From assembly GCF_006345805.1 (NCBI RefSeq), contig NC_043023.1, forward strand, positions 16,554,001 through 16,618,000: a DNA stretch of 64,000 nucleotides, read 5' to 3'. The position numbers and the translations under genes were made by a program. This DNA comes from Octopus sinensis (Eukaryota). The notes under the pieces are model-generated. The model ran no database searches. It was not told the DNA's origin and worked only from the letters and a program-made list of their open reading frames with translations. Positions 51,359 to 62,994 of this stretch are shown here, one piece after another; position 1 is the first letter of the stretch, and the number at the start of each line of letters is the position of its first letter.

Positions 51359-51406
51359 AGGTAATGTCTAGTTTAAAAGGGGAAGAAGTTTTGTTAATCC
51401 ATTTAC

Positions 51407-51445
51407 CATTTTGGTGGATACGATAACCTTTTGCACTCGTCAAAC
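51407..51445 (-). CDS. Gene B 39-nt mini-exon
   Basis: tttcatcttttacag|GT ... G|gtaaat; (C)LTSAKGYRIHQN(A), phase 1-1. Confidence 0.8.
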
Positions 51446-52004
51446 CTGTAAAAGATGAAAACAAAAATGTTTGATTTTAAGATGAAATCATTCAAAATAA
51501 TGTGAATAAATTAACATTACATTAGAAGGAAAATGGCTATTTCATTGGCAGAGTTTCAGATCAGGATCTCCACAAGGGTTAGATTGTATTTATTTTGAGA
51601 GGAAGCTTTCCAAATCCTCTTCGTCACCTTTGCCTTGTAAATGTCTGAGGTAGGGGTGTCTTTTTAGGAAAAAATGAATATTTGAAAATACATTTTGTTT
51701 CACCTCAATCCCTTCTCTACCCAGCCCCAGACCGATTTTAGCCCCTTTTTTTCTTCTTTTTTTTTTTTGCACTAAGCCCTCGAAAACCATGGCAAAATCC
51801 TTTTCGGTAAAGGTTTATTTGTCAGTCTGCCATTTGACAGAGGTCTGGAATAGGGCACCCACATAAATTGGTCTATCTCTGTTTTGACAGGTACTTTTCA
51901 CCCACTGCGTGGCATCTTGGGCAAGTGTCTTCTGCTATAGCCCCGGGCAAACCAAAGCGTTGTGAGTGGATTTGGTAGACGGAAACTGAAAGGAGCCCGT
52001 CGTA

Positions 52005-52046
<42 letters not shown>

Positions 52047-52268
52047 TGTGTGTCTGTGTTTGTCCCTCTAGCATTGCTTGACAACTGATGCTGGTGTGTT
52101 TACGTCCCCGTAACTTAGTACTGGGCTTACAAAGAATAAGCCCTGGGGCGGATTTGCTCGACTAAAGGCGGTGCTCCAGCATAGCCGCAGTCAAATGACT
52201 GAAACAAGTAAAAGAGTAAAGAGTATATATTTTAGTGTGTGTATATTATTACATCAAAGGTTAATGTA

Positions 52269-52647
52269 CACTTGCATCAGAAATTAATTAGCACTTCTCA
52301 AATTTCTACATTAAATAGGTTAAATCAATTAACCTATGAGCTGTTCAAAACGTCTTACGCGATGAGAAAACTTAGTATGGTGTGATTTCGGTCCTTGCGA
52401 GGCGCTACCTATATCTATTAAACAAAGGAAGATTTGTCTGCATCCGCACTCCAAGTTGTTGTTGCATTGCTATGTCAACATCATAAGGCTGTAGACTCTC
52501 AAACTGCTCTGCAAACAAAGTTACGTCATCGTTCTGCGCAACAGTGAACTCGCAACAAAGCAATAGTTCAAGATATGGCCACTAGGTGACAGCACATACC
52601 TTGAGTGAAGAGCAATCAAGGGTGCTAATTAATTTCTGACGGTAGTG
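52269..52647. mobile_element. Tc1/mariner-type MITE (TA TSD, ~26-bp TIRs)
   Basis: TA|cacttgcatcagaaattaattagcac ... gtgctaattaatttctgacggtagtg|TA; second copy at 57371-57742; absent at the homologous gene C site. Confidence 0.8.
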
Positions 52648-53419
52648 TAGAAGCAATTTCGTTATTACACACATATTAATACTGACAAATCTCATGTTTC
52701 ATCTTGTGGAGGTATGTATGTGCTGTCTATGTAGTATGTGAGACAACCAATTTTTTTTTTTAATAATTTTCAAAAATTGCTTTTTTCATAAAAAGCTTTC
52801 TTCTATCATCTTTGACCCTTTTGTTACCAACCTGGCCCAAACCAGCTCTGCGTCTGTAGTACAAATGTCTTTTCATAAGTTTTGCATCAAAACATACCAC
52901 TAAATCTTAGTCACAATTTATGTTCCTAACACTAGCTTAATGATAACTAAGTTATTTTACTAAATTCTTTGTTATATTTAAAATTAATTGAAAGAAACAC
53001 AGAACATCTCGACAGAAATATGGTAACAAAAGGGTTAAAATATAAAATAGAGAAACAATTCTTAACCCTTTTGATACCAACCTGGCTGAAAGCACCTCTG
53101 ACCCTGTAGTACAAATGTTTTGTTTCCATAAGTTTTGAATTAAAGTCTCCCACCAAACCTTAGTCACAATTAATATTCCGAACACTAGCTGAATGATAAC
53201 TAAGTTATTTTACTAAATTCTTTGTAATATTTAAAATAATTGAAAGAAACACAGAGCATCTCAAAATAAATACAGTGACGAAAGGCTTAACCATTTGAAA
53301 AGTCCCCATTAAAACAGGGAAAACCCAATTGATGTAGGACCTATTCCAGATTTGTTTTCACCTGTATAGGGGTAATTAACAAGAGTGAATTATGAAGAAA
53401 AAGAATAATAAAAACTTAC

Positions 53420-53462
53420 AAAATAATGCAGACAAACAACAAAAGAACTTCAGAATGTCCAT
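53420..53462 (-). CDS. Gene B first coding exon (signal peptide start)
   Basis: Acceptor at 53488/53487, ATG at 53462, MDILKFFCCLSALF, donor T|gtaagt. Confidence 0.8.
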
Positions 53463-53669
53463 GATCTGTGAAAATAATTTTCTAAACCTGAAAAACAACA
53501 AAAATTATATCTAATTAAGATATCTAATTAAGAGTCATCATCATCATCATCATCATCAAATTGAGGAAAGAAATTTCGAATTTTTCCTTTTTTTTTTTTT
53601 TTTCCTTTTTGCAGAATCGTAATCTCCGTACCTGAAAACGGCGGTTTCTGTAAAAAATAAATAAATAAA

Positions 53670-54016
53670 GGCGTAGGAGTGGCTTTGTGGTAAATAGCTT
53701 GCTTACCACATAGTTCTGGGTTCAGTCCCACTGCGTGTCACCTTGAGCAAGTGTCTTCTACTATAGCCTCGGGCCGACCAAAACCTTGTGAGTAGATTTG
53801 GTAGACGGAAACTGAAAAGAAGCCCATCGTATATATATATTATATATATATATAGGCGCAGGAGTGGCTGTGTAGTAAGAAGTTTGCTTACCAACCACAT
53901 GGTTCCGGGTTCAGTCCCACAGCGTGGGACCTTGGGCAAGTGTCTTCTACTATAGCCTTGGGTCTAACAAAGCCTTGTGGTGGATTTGGTAGACAGAAAC
54001 TGAAAAGAAGCCCATC

Positions 54017-54051
<35 letters not shown>

Positions 54052-54460
54052 CGCAGGAGTGGCTGTGTGGTAAGAAGTTTGCTTACCAACCACATGGTTC
54101 CGGGTTCAGTCCCACTGCGTGGCACCTTGGGCAAGTGTCTTCTACTATAGCCTTGGGCCTAACAAAGCCTTGTGAGTGGATTTGGTAGACGGAAACTGAA
54201 AGAAGCCCGTCGTATATATGTATACATATGTGTATGTGTGTGTGTGTATGTTTGTGTGTCTGTGTTTGTCCCCCCAACATCGCTTGACAACCGATGCTGG
54301 TGTGGTTACCTCCGCATTACTTAGCGGTTCGGCAAAAGAGACCGATAGAATAAGTACTAGGCTTGCAAAGAATAAGACCTGGGTGTCGATTTGCTCGACT
54401 AAAGGCGGTGCTCCAGCATGGCCGCAGTCAAATGACTGAAACAAGTAAAAGAGTAAAAAG
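53670..54460 (+). mobile_element. Tandem SINE family C heads plus one full copy
   Basis: Four heads starting ~53670, 53855, 54049 etc.; tail ends gtaaaagag. Confidence 0.75.
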
Positions 54461-54870
54461 AGATAAAGCAGGGTTGGGGGTACAAAAGGAAGTCTAGCCC
54501 CTAAGGGTTTGGCCCTTCATCTGTTCCTCCAACATAAACAAAAAAGAAAAAAAACAACCACTTGCCTGAGAACCAGTATGGAAATGCCACCAGTGTCGCA
54601 ATGATGATGTGGCACTCGGCTGTTGATGTCTTGACACTTGGGTGAACAGCAGGAGGGAGACTTCTTGAACAATGGAATCAGTTGGAGAAATCGATCCCAG
54701 GACTTCTTCTTTGTTAGCTGGGCATTTATTTTATCTATTGCTTTTCCTTAAGTTATGGACCTATAAATATTACTGACACCGCTTGACAAGTGACGGTGGG
54801 GGTTGTTGGAAAACACACACATAAACGAACATATATATACTCTTTATATATATATATATATATATATATA

Positions 54871-56245
54871 TCATCATCATCATCATCATCATCATCATTT
54901 AACGTCCGCTTTCCATGCTGGCATGGGTTGGATGGTTCAACTGGGGTCTGGGGAGCCCGAAGGCTGCACCAGGCCAGTCAGATCTGGCAGTGTTTCTACA
55001 GCTGGATGCCCTTCCTAACGCCAACCACTCCGTGAGTGTAGTGGGTGCTTTTTATGTACCACCGACTCAGGTGCCAGACGAGGCTGGCGAACGGCCACGC
55101 TCGGATGTGGTACTGGCTACAGCCACGTTTAGATGGCTTCACTTATGTGCCACCAGCACTGGTACCACAAAACTACAAATTCCATTGATGATGATCGATT
55201 TTGATTTGATTCTTTGATTTTTGATTTTCACTTGTCTCAACAGGTCTTCACAAGTAGAGTTATGTGTCCCAAGAAGGAAGGTATGCACAGGTGGACTGAC
55301 TACGTCCCAGGTAGGGGCCATGGGTAATGGCCTCATGTGTCCTGCCGGGTCTTCTCACGCACAGCATACTTCCAAAGGTCTCGGTCTCTGGTCATTTCCT
55401 CGGTGAGACCTAAAGAACGAAGGTCGTTCTTCACCACCTCGTCCCAGGTTTTCCTGGGTCTACCTCTTCCACAGGTTCCCTCAACTGCTAGGGTGTGGCA
55501 CTTTTTCACACAACTATCTTCATCCATTCTTACTACGTGTCTATACCAGCGTAGACGCCTCTCTTGCACACCACATCTGATGCTTCTTAGGTCCAACTTT
55601 TCTCCTAAGGCACTTACACTCTGTCGGGTATGAACACTGACATTACACATCCAACGGAGCATACCGGCTTCATTTCTTGCAAGCTTACGCATATCCTCAG
55701 CAGTCACGGCCCATGTTTCACTGCCATGTAGCATGGCTGTTCGCACACATGCGTCATACAGTCTGCCTTTTACTCTGAGCGAGACACCTTTTGTCACCAG
55801 CAGAGGTAAGAGCTCTCTGAACTTTGCCCAGGCTATTCTTACTCTAGCAGATACACTTTCGGCACACCTACCCCCGCTACTGACTTGGTCACCTAGGTAA
55901 CAGAAACTATCAACTATTTCAAGTTTTTCTCCCTGGAATGTGGCAGAAGATGGTCTCTGTGCATTTTCAGTGTTTATTGCACCAGAGCATCTGCCACATA
56001 CAAAAACTATATACCTAGTTAGCTTTCCTTTGACATTGCTGCACCTCTAATCCTTGCTTCCATGCCTGAAACTTCTCCTCGAGTTCCGATAGTGATTCAG
56101 CAATTAGAGCAAGGTCATCAGCATAGAGGAGCTCCCAGGGGCATCCTGTCTTGAATTCCTCCGTTATTGCCTGGAGGACTATGATAAATAGGAGGGGGCT
56201 GAGGACTGAGCCTTGGTGGACCCCAACCTCCACCCGGAATTCTGC
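54871..56245 (-). mobile_element. 5'-truncated RTE LINE with complete 3' UTR and (GAT)n tail
   Basis: ORFs 56015-56233 (GVHQGSVLSP, LLYADDL) and 55333-55797 (HGSETW, RRLRWY, GRGRPRKTW) are contiguous with the 3' UTR seen dispersed across the window. Confidence 0.9.
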
Positions 56246-56343
56246 ACTAACGAATATCTATATATACACACACACACACTCATATATATATATTATATAT
56301 ATATATATATTATATATATATATATACACATATATATATATAT

Positions 56344-56383
<40 letters not shown>

Positions 56384-56935
56384 TATAACAAATATATACA
56401 TACACACAAGCATATATATATTACGTTTATATATTTGTTTTGCAAGATTTTTGATGTGAAATTGTGTGTTGAAACAGATGTTGTTGTATTTAGGAATGGT
56501 CATTTATTGGCTAAACTGGCAAAATGACCATTCCTAAATACAACAATATATATATATACTCTTTGACTTGATTCAGTCATTTGGAGCACCGCCTTTAGTC
56601 GAGCAAATTGACCCCAGGACTTATTCTTTGTAAGCCTAGTACTTATTCTATCGGTCTCTTTTTGCCGAACCGCTAAGTGACGGGAACGTAAATACACCAG
56701 CATTGGTTGACAAACACAGACACACGAACATATATATACATACATATATACGACGGGCTTCTTTCAGTTTCCGTCTACCAAATCCACTCACTAGGCTTTG
56801 GTCGGCCCGAGGCTATAGTAGAAAACACTTACCCAAGGTGCAACGCAGTGGGACTGAACCCGGAACCATGTGGTTCGTAAGCAAGCTACTTACCACACAC
56901 CCACTATATATATATATATTATATATATATATATA

Positions 56936-57084
56936 TCTTTATATATAAAAGTGAAGTTGTGTGTCTGTCTCCTACGATCTAGATTCCTAACTACACCCCC
57001 CTTTGTGGTTAGCCATATTGGGATGGCTATTATACTTTACATCTCTAAAAATGCTTATATAGCAATGCCGGGCGATACTGCTAG
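56936..57084 (+). mobile_element. Internally deleted Helitron-like element
   Basis: A|TCtttatatataaaagtgaag ... gcaatgccgggcgatactgCTAG|T; same family as 22799-23089. Confidence 0.7.
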
Positions 57085-57120
<36 letters not shown>

Positions 57121-57370
57121 ATACATATATATATATAATTATAAATATAATTAAGGGTTTATCAACAAGTTGCTTCACCACATACTGAAAATTTAGAAAT
57201 AGCAGCCAAAGACAGCTATATATATCTGTAAAATGACACGTGACAATTATTCATCTTGGCTATTGAATAATTGTCACGTGTCATTTTGCAGATAAATGTC
57301 CTCTATTTACATAATATTGAGGTCTCTTTCTTTCTTTTGTTATCTTACCGTTTTTACCATTTTATATATA

Positions 57371-57742
57371 CACTTGCGTCAGAAATTAATTAGCACTTCT
57401 CAAATTTCTACATTAAATAGGTTAAATCAATTAACCTATGAGCTGTTCAAAATGTCTTACGCGATGAGAAAACTTAGTATGGTGTGATTCCTTGCGAGGC
57501 GCTACCTATATCTATTAAACAAAGGAAGATTTGTCTGCATCCGCACCCCAATTTGTTGCACTGCTATGTCAACATCATAAGGCTGTAGACTCTCAAACTG
57601 CTCTGCAAACAAAGTTACGTCATCGTTCTGCGCAACAGTGAACTCGCAACAAAGCAATAGTTCGAGATATGGCCACTAGGTGACAGCACATACCTTGAGT
57701 GAAGAGCAAATCAAGGGTGCTAATTAATTTCTGACGGTAGTG
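57371..57742. mobile_element. Tc1/mariner-type MITE, copy 2
   Basis: Near-identical to 52269-52647, TA-flanked. Confidence 0.8.
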
Positions 57743-58572
57743 TATATATATATATATATATAAAATTAACAGAATGAGAAACAACCCGAGGCTGTGAAAG
57801 ATTTCAGAACAGTTATAAAGAGAAGCTCTTACAGCTGTTTCCTCATTTGCATAATCACCGAACCTGGAGGTTAACTATAGTCTGCCCATAGCACTTAGCA
57901 TTATCTGACACCTTTGGGGGTCTTCTTGACACCACTACCTCTCATACCCTCAATATATATATTTCCTCTACTTAACTTGTCTCTCCCCCTCTCTCATTCT
58001 TCCTCACAACCATTCCCCTTCTCTTGCTCCCCCCCCCGCGTCGTTGACCCGCGACGAGACTTCCGCTACTGTCTTTTCTAGCCTAACCCTCTCGAGGTGT
58101 GGACGGCAATTCTTTTTGCTCCGTTCGTCGTTCACAAAAAAAATCCGCGTTCGTAATACTTTTTTTCATTCGGCTTAACAGCCCTTCTTGTCTTGTTATT
58201 CTCCTTGTCCTGTCTTTTACTGTTTATATTTTGTACTGTCGTTACTGTCCTGTTTTTGTTACCATTTTTACCCCTCTGCAAAAGGATCTCAAATTTTATT
58301 TGATTTGCTTTTCGCAGGAAGGAAAGTTTCTTATTCGGAGATACGTCTCGCCTTCACCTTCGAAATGTAGAGTAGATGAAACCATGGCGACTGAAGAAGG
58401 GGTTTTTTCTTTGTGTTAATTGTCCTTGGGTTTGTGTCTATGTTTTCGTTTCTCATTGTGTTCGACGTTTTTTTTTGTGTCCTGTACTCATATATGCGTG
58501 TATATGTACATGTAGAGGTAGGTACGTACATGTATGTTTATATATATGCATATGTTCTATTTATTAATATAT

Positions 58573-59180
58573 ATCATCATCATCATCATCATCATCATTT
58601 AGCGTCCGTTCTCCATGCTAGCATGGGTTGGACGGTTCAACTGGGGTCTGTGAAGCTGGAAGGCTTCATCAGGCCCAGTCAGATCTGGCAGTGTTTCTAC
58701 GGCTGGATGCCCTTCCTAACGCCAACCACTCCGTGAGTGTAGTGGGTGCTTTTTACATGCCACCCGCACAGGTGCCAGACAGAGCTGGCAAACAGCCACG
58801 AACGGATGGTGCTTTTACGTGTCACCGGCACGGGGCCATGCGAGGCTGGCAAACGGCCACAAACGGATGGTGCTTTTACGTGTCACCGGCACGGGGCCAT
58901 GCGAGGCTGGCAACGAACACGAACGGATGGTGCTTTTACGTGCCACCGACACGGGGGCCAGACAGGGCTGGCAAACGGCCACGAACGGATGGTGCCTTTA
59001 CGTGTCACCGGCACGGGGGCCCTGATGTTGTTCGACCTCAATTTGGTTCTGCTTTCTGATATTGGTTTGATTTTGATTTTGACTGTTCTCACTGGCCTTG
59101 CCGGGTTTTCTCACGCACAGCATACTTCCAAAGGTCTCGGTCACTGATCATTTCCTTGGTGAGACCTAAAGTTCGAAGGT
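58573..59180 (-). mobile_element. RTE 3' end with ~60-bp tandem repeats
   Basis: HDLRTLGLTKEMISDRDLWKYAVREKTR followed by the 3' UTR and (GAT)n. Confidence 0.8.
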
Positions 59181-59191
59181 CGTGCTTCACC

Positions 59192-59243
<52 letters not shown>

Positions 59244-59866
59244 ATCCGCACACACACACACACACGCATGCGCGCAATCTATTATCCAAACACCAGATTA
59301 ATAATGACAAAGTTATTTTCGTAATCTTTATTGAAATATAGGTAATATATTTTAAGAGAAAAACGGAAATTTCATTACAAGAGAGTTAGAAGTTATCAAA
59401 ATTATAACCTTCCATTTCAAAGTTCTTTTTAATTTATATTCCAAATCTGAACTTAATTATGGGAAAGGCTTTTTAATTAAATTCTTCGTTAATTTTGAAA
59501 TTGACAGAAATGCAGTGAATTTTAATAGAAATCATCAACATCATCATCATCATCCACAGAGATTCTGACCAATATTTTCCCCTGCTTTTCTGAGTTAGAC
59601 ATATGTAAGTCAGAGCAGGGGTTTTAGAAAACTGGATGTTGATTCGACGATGACGCTGACAGCATAAATCGAGTGGCAGTAATTTAAACAGTAAAAGTTT
59701 ATAACAAGGCTGGTGTACATCAAAATCAAATTTATAAAATTTCTTATTTATTAAATTATAGGTGGCAGGCATGGTTGTGGTAAAATGCTTGCTTCCTACC
59801 CACATAGCACTGGATTAAATATCAAAGGAGTGTCCTTCCAGCACTTGAGATTATTACTGGTATTTC

Positions 59867-60000
59867 TTAAAATGTATAAATGATGACGGCTGTTATCATC
59901 CCAATGACAAGGATGGACTTGGTTCTGAGGCTGCTGGTTCCTTGTGCACCACCTGCAAACGATTTCATTTGGATATCATCGGATGCCTCAGGTGTATCAC
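59867..60000 (-). CDS. Gene A terminal exon (GPI-anchor-like tail)
   Basis: tttatctttgtag|GT; the protein sequence is identical to the gene C terminal exon. AATAAA (-) at 59747-59752. Confidence 0.8.
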
Positions 60001-60020
60001 CTACAAAGATAAACAATAAA

Positions 60021-60560
60021 CCACTCTCAGTATTACGGTACTCAAGACTCAAGAGATTAAGACTCTGTTCCTTAGAGCGTAGGCGAGAAAGATATGCCAT
60101 AATATACATCTGGAAGATCCTGGAGGGACTTGTCCCAAACTTTGGGTTCGAGAGTTACACAAATGCCAGAACTGGGCGCCACTGCGTGGTGCCAAGGACT
60201 CCAAATTTGCCATCAAGATGTAGGACAAGAAACTGTGATAGCCTGGGCTTCAGAGGCCCACAGCTCTTCAATATCCTCTCGAAGAACCTGAGAGACCTGC
60301 ATGGGGTGGATGCAGATGTCTTTAAAGTAAAACTGGATCTCTTCCTGTCAGGTATCCCAGATGAACCAACTTCACGGCAGGAGGTGCAGATGAGGGCAGC
60401 TGCATCGAACTCTCTCATGCACCAAATGGCAGTTGCTAAAAAGCTTTCGTGAAGTAAAACCAAGTAGCAACACCAAATGGCGGTGCCCCAGCATGGCCAC
60501 AGCCCATGAGCTGAAACTAGATAAAATAAAATTAAAAAAATAAAATAAATAAAACATATT
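60021..60560 (+). mobile_element. 5'-truncated CR1/L2-like LINE 3' end, inserted ~20 nt from the gene A acceptor
   Basis: LCSLERRRERYAIIYIWKILEGLVPNFG...GPQLFNIL...FKVKLDLFLSGIPDEP; A-rich tail. Confidence 0.85.
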
Positions 60561-60564
60561 ACAA

Positions 60565-60985
60565 GGCGCAGGAGTGGCTGTGTGGTAAGTAGCTTGCTTA
60601 CCAACCTCATGGTTCCGGGTTCAGTCCCACTGCGTGGCATCTTGGGCAAGTGTCTTCTGCTATAGCCTCGGGCCGACCAAAGCCTTGTGAGTGGATTTGG
60701 TAGACGGAAACTGAAAGAAGCCTGTCGTATATATGTATATATATATATATGTATGTATGTGTGTATATATGTTTGTGTGTCTGTGTTTGTCCCCCTAGCA
60801 TTGCTTGACAACCGATGCTGGTGTGTTTACGTCCCCGTCACTTAGCGGTTCATTAAAAAGAGACCGATAGAATAAGTACTGGGCTTACAAAAAGAATAAG
60901 TCCCGGGGTCGAGTTGCTCGACTAAAGGCGGTGCTCCAGCATGGCCGCAGTCAAATGACTGAAACAAGTAAAAGAGTAAAGAGAG
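60565..60985 (+). mobile_element. Full-length SINE family C
   Basis: Head, CORE-like block, (TA/TG)n and gtaaaagag tail. Confidence 0.85.
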
Positions 60986-61744
60986 TATATCATTTATATA
61001 CACTCTTCATACCAACTTGCCCAAGACTGCCCTTGTTTCCATGGTGTAAATCCCCTGTTTTAAAGTGATTCAAATTAAAACCTTTCCTTAAAATTTCATG
61101 TTAACTTTTGTTCCAAACAGCAGCTTAATAAGAACAAAGTATATATTTTAGTGTGTGTATATTATTACATCAAAGGTCAATGTAGAAAAAATTTAGTTAT
61201 TACACACACATTAATACCGACAAATCCTAAGTTTCATCTTGTGGAGGTATGTATGTGCTGTCTATGTAGTATGTGAGACAACCAATTTTTTTTAAAATAA
61301 ATTTTCAAAAATTGTTTTTTTTCATAAAAAGCTTTCTCCTATCATCTTTAAAAATATATAATAGAGAAACAATTCTTAACCCTTTTGATACCAACCTGGC
61401 TGAAACCACTTCTGACCCTGTAGTACAAATGTCTTGTTTTCATAAGTTTTTAATTAAAATCTTCCACCAAACCTTAGTCACAATTTATGTTCCTAACACT
61501 AGCTTAATGATAATTAAATTATTTCACTAAATTCTTCATAGGTTTTCAAAATAACCGAAAACAAAGGCTGTATATTTTAACAGAAATATACTAACAAAAG
61601 CTTTGAAGTGAACTAATTTAAAACTTCACATTCAAATTTCAAAGCCATTAAAAAATCAATAGAAGTGACTTTTTGTGAATTTTCTATCCCAAACCCAAGC
61701 AAAATGCCCGAAACTTGATACGCCAATTGAATGCCAGCTAGCTG

Positions 61745-62050
61745 TATGGTTGTTCCTTCTTGAGCCATGCCTAGCTCATAAGGGCCAGTTTCCCGGTTTC
61801 TTGGCATATAGGTTCCCCACCTGGATGGGACGCCGGCCCATCGCAGGTGAGCTGCAAGATGCAGGAGGAAAGAGTGAGAGAAAGTTGTGGCGAAAGAGTC
61901 AGCAGAAGTTTCGCCATTACCTTCTGCCGAGCCACGTGGAGCTTAGGTGTTTTGAACATAAACACACACATTACCCGGTCTGAGATTCGAACCCGCGATC
62001 CCTCGACTGCGAGTCCGATGCTCTAACCACTAGGCCATGTGTCTCCACAG
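61745..62050 (-). mobile_element. tRNA-derived SINE (possible V-domain type)
   Basis: tggcctagtggttagagcatcggactcgc...gggttcgaatctc (A/B boxes); cctgcgatgggccggcgtcccatccagg resembles V-domain SINEs (from memory, not searched). Confidence 0.6.
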
Positions 62051-62589
62051 CTAGCTGTATGTGATTGGTCGGAGATTTGGACAGTACTCAAGTGTATGTG
62101 CGCATGCACGCAGCTGTATATGCATGCACTAGCACTATGGCCCGGCGTCGCCGGGTCATAATGCTAGTCTCTCTATATATAAATGGGCAAATGTCTGTCT
62201 GTGTGTGTGTGTGTCCTTTATACAAATTCCACAATTTTTCAGTTAGCGGGCTTGCACTTTCTATGGTCATTCAAAACTATCCAAGGGTGGTCGTGCACAT
62301 CTTTACATTTCCCCAGTCACCCCGCAAAGCCATTAAAAAATCAATAGAAGTGACATTTTTGTGAATTTTCTATCCATAACCGCAAGTCCACTTCTCTAAC
62401 CACTAGGCCATATGCCTCCACTACTCACCTTGATGGTCAGGGTGATCATGGATTTTGTGGGTTTTCTTTATGTATAAGCCTCAGATTACTACCCCACTTG
62501 TTATATGACACTAAAACCCACACTGTACCATCTTCAATGTTTTTCTTTGTGTTAGCCTTCTGTGACTTATAAAGGAATTATTAATATTA

Positions 62590-62975
62590 CTGTGTGGTAA
62601 GTAGCTTGCTTACCAACCACATGGTTCTGGGTTCAGTCCCACTGCATGGCACTTTGGGCAAGTGTCTTCTACTATAGCCTCGGGCCAACCAAAGCATTGT
62701 GAGTGGATTTGGTAGACGGAAACTGAAAGAAGCCCGTCGTATATATGTATATATATATATGCGTTTGTGTGTCTGTGTTTGTCCCCCTAGCATTGCTTGA
62801 CAACTGATGCTGGCATGTTTATGTCCCCTTTACTTTGCGGTTCGGCAAAAGAGACCGATAGAATAAGTACTGGGCTTACAAAAGATTAAGTCCTGGGGTC
62901 GAGTTGCTCGACTAAAGGCGGTGCTCCAGCATGGCCGCAGTCAAATGACTGAAACAAGTAAAAGAGTAAAGAGTA
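62590..62975 (+). mobile_element. SINE family C, ending ~20 nt from the gene A Ig-exon donor
   Basis: Consensus match. Confidence 0.8.
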
Positions 62976-62994
62976 TTATGAATTGCTTCCTTAC

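Noticed and set aside
57224-57293. pre-miRNA-like 30-bp hairpin with a 10-nt loop
   Set aside because: A real inverted repeat, but it sits in AT-rich repeat-like sequence between other elements and is most simply a foldback/MITE centre; no expression evidence.
57770-58420. Further hammerhead-like fragments (gaaacagctgta on minus ~57825; ctgaagaagggg ~58391)
   Set aside because: Each has only half of the core and no matching stem II; probably decayed Penelope-type ends.
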